A DNA stretch of 63,701 bases, the filler included, from Folioceros fuciformis (lineage: Eukaryota): assembly GCA_049999805.1 (NCBI GenBank). It is 18 parts of 18 records of this genome, joined end to end, with 100 filler letters (N's around TTAATTAATTAA, not from the genome) between each part and the next. Parts side by side here need not be neighbours in the genome. Positions count along the whole stretch, not along the records: positions 11,976 to 14,224 come from JBNGIO010002731.1; positions 14,325 to 22,299 come from JBNGIO010002732.1; positions 22,400 to 24,257 come from JBNGIO010002733.1; 15 more parts are not named here. The stretch is one strand, 5' to 3'. Every line of letters starts with the position of its first letter. The first letter of the stretch is position 1. Below, one piece after another: positions 11,976 to 24,357 of the stretch. A program made the position numbers and the translations under genes. Below the pieces are notes generated by a model. The model was not told where the DNA came from. It searched no databases and worked only from the letters and a program-made list of their open reading frames with translations.

Positions 11976-14224
11976 CTGGTAAATCCTGCAACTCCCAAGT
12001 TCCATTTTGTATCAAGGATTCGTACTCAGACTTTATAGCTTCCTGCCACTTTTCTTTATCTACGGATTTTAAGGCTTCTTGATAGGACGAGGGCTCTCCT
12101 AGATCAGAGGCCGCTAAGTATGCATGATGCATGGACTGATTCGTGCTCAGGTTTGCCTTCCATCCATACGGCACCTGTGACCATTCCAAGGCGGACGAGG
12201 TATGCCTTCTAGACGACCTACGCACCTCTACCCCGGGTTCAATTGAAAGCATAGCTGGGCCAGCGTCAGCTGCGCCATTACTTGAAACTTCCAGTTTTTC
12301 CTGATGTGACTCCGAAGCTTCTGATTCTACATCTCCTAAGCTCACGGCTTCTGGCACATGAATTGGCCCTGGTCCTTGCACAGCATGTTGCTGCTGATTG
12401 TTTTGTTGAGCATCTTCATGCGTGTACTGGTCTATCTGGAATGTCGACGTTTCCAACTTAGGTACGTTGGCCAAGAGGTTGTTTCCAGCTTGTGAATCAT
12501 TATGGGCATCTCTAGACTCAGTCAGGTCAGTGCGTGTTGTCAGCACAGCATGCTCATCAAATTTTCCGAATCAAGCGTGAGTAACTCTTCCTGTGCCTGG
12601 GTCATAGACCTTGTACCCTGTTATTCCTTTTGAGTACCCTAGAAACGGCATAGCCTTGGCCTTAAATTCCAGTTTGGTTCTGACTTCCTTTGGAATATGG
12701 ATGAACACTTTGCAGCCAAATATTCTAAAATGAGAAATATCTGGCTTGGAGCCTGTCCAGCGCTCAAAAGGAGTCGCCCCTGGGAAGGATGAAGTTGGGA
12801 GCCGATTTTGGATATATGAGGCTGTATGGACAGCCTCCGCCCAGTACCTTCTGGGAAGACTTGCCTGCAATAGCATGGCCTTTGCACATTCTTGAAGATA
12901 ACGATTTTTCGATTCTGCCAAAGGATTTTGGCTTGAACTATAGGGCACTGTTAATTGCCAAACTATGCCAAGGGACTGGCAGTACTGGTGAAATTCGAGG
13001 CTATTAAACTCACCTCCGTTATCGCTTCTAAGAACTTTCAATTTTCTGCCTTTGTGCCTTTGTGAGTATTCAACGTACTACATGAACTTATCCAAGGCCT
13101 CTGACTTATGCTGCAGGAAATAGGTTACTGTAAACCTGCTGAAGTCGTCTACTATCACCATGAAGTATAAGGCACCTCCAAGTGACTTCGTGGACATCGG
13201 TCCACACAGATCAGTGTGGACCACATCTAGTAAATCTTTCGCCCGATTATGTTCAACATTTTTCTTTGGATTTTTCTTAGGCATTTTTGCATGAATGCAA
13301 GCTTCACAAATAACCTCTGTTTCATCAACCTTCCAGTCTATCTTATTCCGATACAGGTTCTATTCTGGCATGCTCTTCATCTTAATATAATTCGGGTGCC
13401 CTAATCTGCAGTGCCACAGCAACTGTTCGCTATTAGCACCAAGCGTCTTGGCCAGCATAGCTGTCGATATGATGCTTCTACCCTCTGGTTTTCTGAGGTG
13501 AGTTCGACAATCCAGTTTATACAAATCATTCTCTAGCATCCCCGTAGCTAAGGGTTCATGACTGAGAGAATCTATCAGCTCACATGATGCTTTGTCGAAC
13601 ATAATATTCAGTCTCCACTCTCTGCAAAGGTGTCTCACAGATAAGAGATTTTTGGCCATCTGCGGAACGTGGAGCACCTAGTGAAGTTCTCTAACAATTC
13701 CACCGCTCAATACTATTCTCACACTCCCTGTTCCAGCAATGTTCAGACCACTTTCATCACCCAGGAGTACAAACTATCCTGGTGGGCGTGACTGATATTT
13801 ATAACAGCTGTCTTAGGTGTAACCTATATGTGCCGAGGCACCAGAATCGACGAACCAAGTACGTTCATCTAATTTCGCATGTGCCATATAGACTGCAAGG
13901 ATAATGTTTGCATTTGACGTCTTTTGTCTGCTTGTAACATTGCCTCGGGTGACACTCTGCGAGGCTCACCGGCTCTTTTCTTTCTGCAGTCGGCTTCTAT
14001 GTGTCCCATAAGCTTGCACCAATTACATGTCAAACGTTTGTGGTTAGGATTCGAAAAAGTTCTACCTCCCACTGGCTTGGGCCTTCCCTGCCATGACTGT
14101 CTGTTGGCGAATCGACCTCCACGTCCACCACAAACTCCTCTACCAGCATACAAAGCCCTGTTGTGTGAGCTTTGTCCTCTGTTAGAATTCATTGATGCTT
14201 CTTCCTCCAACAACGCCCCTATAG
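11976..14224 (-). mobile_element. Ty1/copia gag-pol fragment (zinc knuckle to RT start)
   Basis: CNWCKLMGHIEADC, WFVDSGASAH, LWHCRLGH, VHTDLCGP, RSDNGGEF, YWAEAV, EPSSYQEAL. Confidence 0.94.
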
Positions 14225-14324
14225 NNNNNNNNNNNNNNNNNNNNNNNNNNNNNNNNNNNNNNNNNNNNTTAATTAATTAANNNNNNNNNNNNNNNNNNNN
14301 NNNNNNNNNNNNNNNNNNNNNNNN

Positions 14325-14406
14325 TTGAAAAAGAAAACCAAACCATACCACTATTAACCCTTTTTCAACCAAAACAAACTACTACCCCAAACTTTGGAGG
14401 TTCACA
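14325..14406 (-). repeat. Family A terminus, copy 2
   Basis: Ends ...CCCCAAACTTTGGAGGTTCACA at 14406 and interrupts the LINE. Confidence 0.9.
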
Positions 14407-17400
14407 CTAGTCCCAGCTTCTTTCCCAGGAGCTTAGCGGAGAGGAGTAGCCTTCATCCCCAGAAAAGACAGCTTGGACTTCATGCCAGACTGGTTCTCTA
14501 TCCTCATCATCCTTTGTACCAGGGGTGGAGAACAAGTCGTCCTCGAAAGCATACACAACATTTTCACACATGATGGAGCTACTTCCAATAGGTGACAACC
14601 TTTCCGGGCTCATTGAACCTTTTCCATCCGCCCTAGATCCTAGACTCTCTGCAGTACTACAGTTTCCACATTTGCTTAAGATCTCCATCGACTCCCCAGT
14701 TGAGCCCTATCAGTGCATCCGATCCCCACCCCTCAGCCCTTCTACCACTTTGATCTTCTTTCCATCCAGGGAAGTTATGTCCAAGGCCATCCGTTGAACC
14801 ACTATGTTCAACGCTTTCCTGGCCTTGGCCACAGCGATCTGGTCCTGCCTCTTAAGCCTTGATGTCAGATCCTCCAAGATATGGTTTCTCTTCCCCACAG
14901 ACACCTCCGTGTTTTTGTGCTTGCCTGGTAATTGAGCAGATTCTATCGCTGTTGACTCGGTAGTGGAAGCCTGGACCGAGCTCCCATCCGGAACCAATCC
15001 AACAACGGAACCAGACTCCCGTTCTTGCACCAAATCTCTGGGAACCATTGCCAGCTCATGGTCAAGTGATGACGTCGGCACCGAAGAGCCAAGTAAGTGT
15101 TGCCCATGGAGAACCGATCATAGCTTCCTCCCCACGCCCTCACCGACCGTCCTTGACAGAACACCAGGCCCTGGCCCCTAGCTCGACCCCGGTGGTGTTA
15201 ACATCTCCAAAGCCTACAGACAGATCCGCTGATGAGTGTCCTCTGATGCTACTCCAGTCCTACTGTCCCTTATGAAAGCAGCGCCAGTATTCGGCTCCTC
15301 CTCTTCCATGCTCCTGTAAGCAGGTGACTGTTTGGACCCTCCCCCATCGGCATCTGCACACACTGCTTTGGTGTCTCCCTCCTTGGATGTGGCAGGGGGG
15401 TATCTGTCCTCAAAGTCCTCCCCTCCTTGGGAGGCTCCAGCCAGGATCCCCCTACCCCTGCAAAATTGTTGACATCCCTTCTTTGGACACCATCCCAAGC
15501 CCTCACCCACCGCCCTCAAAAGATCTCCAAACTCCAGCCCCTGGCGGAAAAACGAAGAAGGCAACACCTCCACACTTTGAGACCTGAGCTTCTAGGAAAA
15601 AGGTCCCGGCGGTGCACCAGTGGTGGTGCCAGCCTATACCTTACCTCCCATGCCCGCCCACTACTCCACCCTGATCCCAACGTCAAGGGAGCGTTTTGCC
15701 TCTCCAGCCACTCGGCCACCCTTGAGTAGCATGCTCTGCACCTCCTGGGTTGTCACCTCGTCTCGACTCGTTGCCTCCCCTTGACCGCCCACCATGGTGA
15801 CTCTGATTACCGAAACTAGAGCAATTGCTATGAGGCCGCCCAACTTGACGACCTTGATAACCAGATCTAGATCAGTTGTTGTGATCCTGGCTAGGAGGCC
15901 TCCAGTCACCGCTACCACCCCACCCTGACCAGTCCCCTCCTGGGATGCTCTATCCCTGAAGAATTGTTTCGCACCCGACACACCGTTCATCCCCAAGGCT
16001 TCACCACCTTCTGCGCGAGAATCCTCCTGCTTTGGCTCCAAGCGCGAGGGCGAAGGCAACGCAACCTCCTTGCCTTGTATGCAAACACCGTGGGAGGGTA
16101 GCCCCGGCTTGGCTTCAGAAACATTTATAGTTCTTGAAGCAACTCCCGAGCTTGCCCACACCTCCTTCTTCATGTCGAAAACCAGGGATCTTTTAATCCC
16201 TTCTGCCACCGCTCCACCTGCTAGTGACACGTCCTTCACCTCAGAACACGACCTTTGCTCACAAGTAGAGGCCATCGCCTAATCTCCCGCCAAGGCGTCC
16301 CTACAGACAGCTTCAACGAGCTCATTCTGGAGCTTGGTGGAGAGATTGCCAGCCGAGGAGACCGCCTCTCCCTACCAGCATCCTGTCTGGAGTACTTTTT
16401 CATTGGATACCAACTGATTTGCCAACTCACCGTGGCCAGAAAGATCACACCCTTCAACACTCCCTAGACAAATCTATGTCTCTGACCTGGCTTGAACCTC
16501 CAGCGCAAATTCTCCCTGAGCTCTTACACTATAATGTCCACAGGATCCCAGATGCACTCCACCCTGATCCCAACCCGCCTTTAGAGCCCTGGAGGACGTG
16601 GCTTGCAGGCATTCCTTTGCACTATCCACTGCGTCATCTTGTCCTTGCAGCAAGACCACAGCCGTGCATGCATCAACACAGTTAGGAATCGATGAGAGGC
16701 TCTCAACCTCAGCGATCGGACACACGGGCGGTTGCAGAGACTGCCTAGGTTGCTCTGCAGCCCTGGCCCCAACTTCTGGTTGGACCGCCACCGTGGCCCA
16801 GCCTTTCCCCTTGCTTTGCCCACCCATCCCGTTCGGTGCCATAGGGAAGGCTTGGAGCCCGTGCCCGAACAGCTCTTCCCCAGTCTAAGGAGAAAAAACA
16901 CTGGAGAATTCCCCAGCTTGACACTCTCCAGAGACCTCCTGAGAGCCCCTTTGTATCCGTCAGGGCTGAACGGTCTCCTACCTAACCACCCCTTCCTCAC
17001 GGTTAGACTCCACCTCCTACAACTCTCGAGAAGCCAGCCCATCCTCCTCCATTGCCGAAGAAAAACTAACACCTGGTCCCATCACCGTGGAGTCGGTTTG
17101 TCGAGTTTCCAGAAGCTGGGCAGTGGAACTCTCCAAGACAGAATTCCCTACGCTACCCCCCACCTCTGTCGACCTCCCGGTGACTCCTTCTTGAGTCCCC
17201 TTTCCTTTTGCTAGCACACCGGCAAGTTGAAGGCTCGCCCCACCTTGCTGGGCCAGGGGAGCAACACTACCCCCCGGACCTTCAGACTGATTAGGTTCTC
17301 CTTCGACTCCTGACTCCTGCTGACTGCCTGGGAAACTCCCGCCATTCACCACGTCCCCCCGGTGTGACCCTGAAATGTGCTTCTCCAGCCTAGCAGAGAA

Positions 17401-19100
17401 ACTTGTGAGCTTCCTTGCCTTGAGATTCTGGAAATCCCGTTTTAGCTCCTCCTGGAAGGCCGACCAAGTTGTCTGCCCCGGTCCTTGGCTCCCCGGTGTG
17501 TGAGATTGTCTCAACGCACCCCGGAAGGCCACCTTATCAACTGCCTTAAGTATCCCACCCTTCGGTTGATCCCTTGAGGGTATAGCTCGAGATTTAGTCC
17601 CTGTTGGGTTTACTTCCTGGGGGACAGTTAAGGAATCCTGCTGTGCTGCGGGGTTGTCCAGTTGATGAGCACCTCCCCTTTGTTGAGACTCCCCGATGGT
17701 ATCCCTGCCCTCTGATGCCAGACCGTTAAGACCTTTTGCTGGGGACACACTATTAAAGTCCTCCTCCATAGGCACTGTATCCTCAACCACCATATCTTCT
17801 TCCCATCTAAGCTCCCAACTGCTTGGGAGTTTGATCGATATCGGGGCATTGAGCCACTTTCCTCCTCAGAAGAACACAAAGCTTAGCCTGTGACTGTGTA
17901 TGCCCCCGCTCCTCGAGAAGAACTCTTCCTCAACTTTTTTTGCCCACAACTGCGTTCCAGGGTTAGTCCTCCAGGACTTCGTCGGGGCACCTTTGAATCC
18001 AGGTAGGGGTCCTGAACGTGCCTTCTCCGAATTCTCACCCCGACCTTCCTATCCAACCCGAAGGGGACATGCCTGCTTAAGATGATCTTGCAAGCCACAC
18101 ACCCCGCACCGAATAGGAAGATCCAGGTAATCAAAAAGTTGTGTAAAACACTTAGATGGGTCCTCCGGACCACGAACAACGACGCCTTTCGGCAAAGCTT
18201 GGAGGCTGTCAACCCTCACCCCAAAGCGGGGTGGTTTGTTGCTATCGAAAAAACTAGAGCCCACCTTAGGAACCTCCACCACCATGCCAATGGTCTCTAG
18301 AATTTTGTAAATCAGTGGGATGAGCTGAACCGGCAAGGCTGGAAGACCCACCCACAAAAAGTGCCGCTTGATTTTAGACTCCATAATGGAATTCCCAGGG
18401 GACCAAGCCTCCACCACCACCGGAATGGAATCTCGGACAAACAATGTTGTTTGTAGAAGGGCCTTAGCCCCCACGGCCTTGTCACACTTAACTTGGAAAG
18501 AACCGTCTGCTTTCAAGAAAACATAAGCAGGAGGGCTTCGCGTTACCTGAGCCACCCATTCCTCCTGTTCCTCCACAATAGGAGGACCTCCAGACATAAG
18601 GCGCCCCACCACTGAGCTGGAAGCAAGCTTGTCCTCCTCCCTTTGAAAAAAACTCGCCTCCGTGAGCACATCCGTTAGCGGACCCAGCTTTAACCCTGTA
18701 CACTCTTTTGCCGAACCCGAGACATATTCTTGGGAGGGGCCCGGTTGTACCTGAGCCTGCGCATAGTCCACTTCAAATGTCCGTACCTGCAAGACTTTCT
18801 CTGCCTCGGCCTTTGTCCGGCTAACGTCAGAGTGATTAGCAACCTGCAGCCCCTCGTTTTGCCCCCACACCTTTTGTTTATTAGAACACATACCAACTAT
18901 TTCCGCCCATGTGCCAGGTGATGAGCCCCCCCGTGGGGGCCTAGCAATTCCATCAAGCCACCGAGCTAGATCCCTCTCGGCGCCATCACCGGCCAAGCTC
19001 GCTCCCTCATTGAACTTTCACCGTTGCAGCGTCCCATATGTTGTTGTTCCTACACGAGGTGGTCAAGGGGAGCAGGATCGACTAGGGGAAGATCATTTTT
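14407..19100 (-). mobile_element. L1-clade LINE 5' region: ORF1 (DUF4283-like plus CCHC knuckle, 18049-18996) with a long degenerate extension
   Basis: TWAEIV, VVGRL, VVEAWSP, LWVGLPALP..IG, YLDLPIRCGVCGLQDHLKQAC. Same-strand broken low-complexity ORFs continue to 14407. Confidence 0.8.
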
Positions 19101-19198
19101 GACATGCTGAGTGAGGAGAGGCAGAATCTGACCCCCCCACTCCTCGGCCATGCTTAATTTCCCCCTTCCTTATTTATCTTTACTCACATGTTAATTGT

Positions 19199-20300
19199 TT
19201 GCCAGAGTTGGACATTGTGGCTTCCCTATACTTGTGGAGGCTTGTTAGGGAGATCAAGTGGAAGCTAGATGAGCCCAAGGAAGAGGCAGAGCCAGAGTCT
19301 AGTAGCTGGGAATCCGGAGCGACCGGTAGCTCAGAAGAGGAGGTCACCGTCAGCAGGAAACGGAAGGCGAGAGGAAGCAAGAAAGCTCATGCAAAGAAGA
19401 GGAAGGCGGATGCACGCATCACCAGGTCCAAAGAAAATCTTGCATTGCAGGAAACAGCCAAGAAGATAGGGACCAAGCAACAGGGCACCCCATCCACAGA
19501 ATCAGCTGAAGAGGCACCGTCGACAAAAGAGAAGCACACTAATGTGGCGATAGGAGTTTCGGAGAAATTAGGGTTGACCCCGGCAATGGAACTCTTCCCT
19601 AGATGGGAAGAAGTCTTTAAGGGCACTCACCTGGTATCAAACTCGGAGGCAGAGGATTTGGCTAGGGTGCACACCTTGCTGGGGAAGGGAATACTATATA
19701 GAGAGATGGCTACCGGCAGAACCCCTCCTCAGTAGGTGGATGTTCCAAGATTGATAGCGGCCATGGTCCGGGCATAAGCGGACATGCTGGATCAAGTTGC
19801 GCTGGCGCTCTTGGTTGAGTATGCAGGGATAGCAAGATGAGGTGGCATGGGCCAAGCTGGCTGAAGAGGAAGTAAGATGGAAGCAATTGGAAGAGGCCCA
19901 ACACGCCCTTGACGAAGTGAGAACTTAAGTGCAGGAAGAATTGTGCAAGGCACGAGAAGAGGTGCAAGCCATGAAGAATCAGCAGGAACGGCTCCTGACC
20001 CAAGTCAAGGAGGTGCATGAAGCAAATCAGGAAATGCAACAGGAGTTGCTGCGGGCACAAGAGCAGGAAGAAGCTGCTGTGGAGAAGGTCTAGAAGTTAG
20101 TGGATCGTTACAACGGGAACGGGATGAGGCCCGAAGCCGAGTCAAGGGGAAGGGCAAGGTCAAATGGAGTAGCAGGTCCACGACTGAGATAGCGGAAGCT
20201 GCTACCAGAGGGGGAGAAACGACTCTAGTAGTGGGAAGTCCTACCGCGGTTAGAGCAGACAATCAGGGGTAGCCCACGGGAGGAGGGGGTAAGCACCTCA
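19199..20300 (+). pseudogene. Retroelement accessory ORF (acidic/basic N-terminus, FPxWEEVF motif, coiled coil), degenerate
   Basis: Homologous to 39924-40869: FPRWEEVFKG vs FPGWEEVFRR; EMQQELLRAQE...DEARSRVKGKGK vs EMQQEMARAQE...DEARERVKGKGK. Confidence 0.65.
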
Positions 20301-20360
20301 TATGAAGCAGGGGGCCAAATTAATGGAGGGTTTGTAATCTTCGTAATTGTATTAAGGCAC

Positions 20361-20735
20361 ATGGATGAAGAATGTTATATTCCTGGTCTCTATGTAAATG
20401 GAGATCATGTACTTAACCTTACTGTCCATGTGTGTGTGGAAATAGGAGGGACTAGGGCCTACCATCTACAAGTGAGGACCCGGAATGAATGCTTCTTTCA
20501 TTGTGTCCGGGTATGGGGATTAACCCCCTATTATGTAGAGGTAGTACTAGAGGAGCTCATGGAAGAGGAGGCACATGCCTGGGTGGAGGAAGAACCTGTG
20601 TTGGTCCTTAGCAACAAAAGGGCAGTGAAAGAGGAGGGACCTTCCAGGCGGGCCCCACCTATGCCTAGCTGGGAGAGGTCAGCCAATAGTGGGAGTGAGG
20701 TGGAGATTTTATGGGAGGATTTGCCTGATCAATAG
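20361..20735 (+). CDS. Uncharacterised 124-aa TE/LTR-associated protein
   Basis: Open ORF with a protein-level homolog on the minus strand at about 26467-26950 (Y.PGLYV.G..VL.L, GGTR.Y.LQ.RTR, Y.EVVLEEL.EEEA, VEILWEDLPDQ). Confidence 0.55.
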   Translation: MDEECYIPGLYVNGDHVLNLTVHVCVEIGGTRAYHLQVRTRNECFFHCVRVWGLTPYYVEVVLEELMEEEAHAWVEEEPVLVLSNKRAVKEEGPSRRAPPMPSWERSANSGSEVEILWEDLPDQ

Positions 20736-22130
20736 CATGGGAGGAGAGCCCAGGGATTTGGGGGCAAAGGAAGGAGGGCAAGAAGAACGGATAGGAGGAG
20801 GGCGCAACTCTAAGGTAGGCCATGAGTCATTGCATCCTAAAATAAAATTTAGATAAGATTTGGTAAGATGCTATCTTAGACTTGGTGCCGCTCGTAATTA
20901 AGGGCACCTTTTAAGTTGACTAATTTTTAGACCCAAACTTTATGGCGGGCTGTGACACCCGCTCTGCAAACTTTGTATAAAGAGGCCTGTTGGTGCCTCT
21001 CTAATTAGACAACTTCTCGATTGAGATCCCCATGCTGCCTGGGTGGGTAGTGTGTGCGAGAAGCTCCTAGGGGTGGTCGAGAGCGTTGCTCCGCGGCTGG
21101 TGGTGAGGGGGACACATGAGCAAGTTTTGCTGACAAGGGAGGAAGAGCTAAAGGATTGGCGTAGGGCGGGTCTGGAGCTTGCTTATAACGCTGTGTCATC
21201 CAGAAGCTTCTCCTTCCCTTATTCTCTGAACTGCTGGCTGTGTTCCGAAATTCTGAGTTTGGAAGTGTGTGTGAAGACGAAGATTGGAGATATGTGTGAA
21301 GAGAATGTGTGAGTGAGTTGAGAAGAGAAGGAGAGAAAGGTGGCCAAGCACTGAATGCGATGTGAGGGGTGAGGCAAGAGATTGAGAAGTGTGACTGATT
21401 ACTAAATGCAATGCAAGGTGTGAGGCAAGAGAGGAGAAGTGTGGCTGATCATTGAACGCAATGCAAGGAGAGAGGCAGGAGATTGAGGAGAAAAATTGCA
21501 ACTATTTGAGGCGGATTGTTGTGGAAGCAAAACCCCGGGCACTGATTGCCAACGGGTTCCACCTTTAGTGGCCACACTTATCCCACTGTCGTTGAGACAT
21601 TGGGTTTCGCTCCCACGAAGGAGCGATGGGGTTCCTTGCTGCTGTGGATGGAGGGTCGGACTTGATCAACTTGATGATGGATTCGAGGGCTCCCCTCCAG
21701 CTCTAATCAGGCGTAGGACAGGCCTCGCTATTCGGCAGTCAGCTGCACCTCTCTTGGTGCCCACAAACTCACTCCAGTCACTACAACGACCCTAACCTGT
21801 TAGATCTGCAACTTCCCTCACTCACTTTACTCACTCTCTCACTCCAGCACCAACACCAGCAACTAATAATGACACCACTACCTTCTACACTTCCCTACTG
21901 ACTCCTCCTACCTAGCAAGAGTCACTAGACTAACCCCAAACAAAAGGAAGAAGGGAACACACTCCCCTCGTGTATATCTCCTCCTCACAACCTTACCAGA
22001 TGCCATGAGACATGGCTGGCCTACAGCACTTGTCCAAGCAAGGAACAAGAGTGGACAGGTCGAGAGAAAGACACATCCTTTACAATCAAGAGCTAGGGGG
22101 AAGCCCCTTCACCCTGGTCATTACACCTTG

Positions 22131-22299
22131 TGATCCTACCAGACACTATACAACCGGCAACACGCAGCCCGCGATCCTACCAGACACTGTACAGCCGGCA
22201 ACACGCTGCCTGCGATCCTACCAGACACTGTACAGCCGGCAACACACGGCTTGCGATCCTACCAGACGTTGCACAGCCGGCAACACACTGCAGGTCCTA
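22131..22299. repeat. 41-bp tandem repeat, 4 copies
   Basis: GATCCTACCAGACACTGTACAGCCGGCAACAC... at 22132, 22173, 22214 and 22255. Confidence 0.92.
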
Positions 22300-23293
22300 N
22301 NNNNNNNNNNNNNNNNNNNNNNNNNNNNNNNNNNNNNNNNNNNTTAATTAATTAANNNNNNNNNNNNNNNNNNNNNNNNNNNNNNNNNNNNNNNNNNNNT
22401 GGAGTATAATCATAAATATGAAAAATGAACCTTCTCTTTTCTAGTTTCTTCCAAGATTTGTTGTTGGGCTGTCAAGTATAAGACATTAGAGCTTTTCTTA
22501 TTTTCTTACTTCATTCTTTTCTTGTTGGCCTAAGTTGTTCTATTCAACCCTATAGTCTTAAGGACATGATAAGTTGAGAATGCTTGAAGACATTCAACGT
22601 CTAGCATAGTAAGAGAATATTGAAGATAAAGGTATTTTATTGGTTGAACTCTAACTTCCTTCACTCCTCCATTCCCTAATTGTGTAAGAGTTCAATCATG
22701 TTCTACTGAATGTGTGGTCATGTGTTCTTGCAAAATTTAAAGTGAATAGGGTGGGTTTGTAGATAGAATTTTGTTAGGAGTTGATATGTTAGCTATTTAA
22801 CATACTTCCAAAATGGCAACAAAAGCTTGTGTTGCACAAAGAACTACAAAAGCATTCTAGTTTTTGAAGTAAATATTTATTAAAATAAATTTTATTCATA
22901 TATGTAATTAATTAGCTAGAGTGGTAACGAGCTAAAACTTTAGCTAATAGTACCCTAAAACCCTTAGGAAATAGATCTCCCAACAAGGTTTTGTACAGAG
23001 AATTAGCATTCACTTGTAGGTATGATTAGTAAGTTTAGCATATTGAAACATATAATCACCAAGGAACTTGGCATTTTGTTGAGCTAGTTCAATGGATAGA
23101 ATGAACTCATATCATAAAAAGGTAAAGCCACATTCACTAACTATTGCCTGCCACATTTTGCCAACTATCACCCTCCACTTTTCGCCAACTATTGCCCACT
23201 TACATTCAGGGCTCATATCTTCTAAATAGATGTGACTCGTATGCTTGTCCTATGTACTTTCATTTTTATATGTAGGCCCACTTTCGCAAACTA

Positions 23294-24257
23294 CAGTCAG
23301 ACCCCTCTAATTGGGAACAATTGGGAGTAAGAAAAATCCTCCTATTTAGAGAAGTTCCCATTTAGGCATTTTTTATTTTTTTAATAAAAATATTTAAAAA
23401 AATAAAAAAACCTTTTAATAAATTTTTTGAAAGAGCTTAAAAGTTTCCAAAAAATACAAAATGCTCCTTCATACTACATAGATGCCAACCTAATTCTAGT
23501 TTGCCGGGTTAAAATAATCATCAATCCTTGATTGATGACGAGTTGCCTTCATCCAATGACTAGCAATATGTTTTTCCAACTGAGAATGCAACTTCAAAGC
23601 ATCAAGAGTGTTGTGTGGCATCTGTTCCAAAAACATCTTTGCTATCCTCATAGCATTATCTACAACATCCTTTGTCGTACGCGGTCTTAGCGCTATGGTC
23701 TCCACTGACGGTGTATCATTCTCCTCTCCCTCCTCATTGACAGGCGCAGGGATTAATGCTTGCCATATTTCGTCCTCTGTAGGAATATACGTAGTCTCCA
23801 ATCCTTCATCCTCCTCAAAGTTCAGATACTCTTTAGCTGTCATCGTTGGATATCCAACATCAGCAATTCCTGTCATATCCTCAGATGTTAATAATGCTAA
23901 GCTTCGCATGGACTGTTGTAGCTCTTCTACCTGCGTTTCCAACGAATTAGAGTGATTTTGAGGATCCGACAATGGATCCTCTGAATCATATGGTGCGCTG
24001 TTTAGATCCAAAGACTCACAGAACCGAGCATCTTGTGCACGCAATTCCGCATCCAAAGTGCTATGCCTTCAACAATTGCGTATGGTATGAGGACTCACAA
24101 ATGAAGTCCAAGCTTTTACCAGCATAACCGCTGCTTGATATACATCGATAGTTGTAGTCGCATTGTTTATGATCTGGTTGCATTGGTACGAAATCATCAA
24201 CTTGCGATATTGAGCCTTGAAAGAACAGATGATCCCCTGGTCCAAAGGTTGATATAC
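23294..24257 (-). mobile_element. pogo/Tigger (DDE_1) DNA transposon 3' end with TIR
   Basis: QPLDQGIICSFKAQYRK...KAW...TIRNC, C-terminal QSRIDDYF. Terminus TA|CAGTCAGACCCCTCTAATTGGGAAC at 23294. Confidence 0.85.
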
Positions 24258-24357
24258 NNNNNNNNNNNNNNNNNNNNNNNNNNNNNNNNNNNNNNNNNNN
24301 NTTAATTAATTAANNNNNNNNNNNNNNNNNNNNNNNNNNNNNNNNNNNNNNNNNNNN

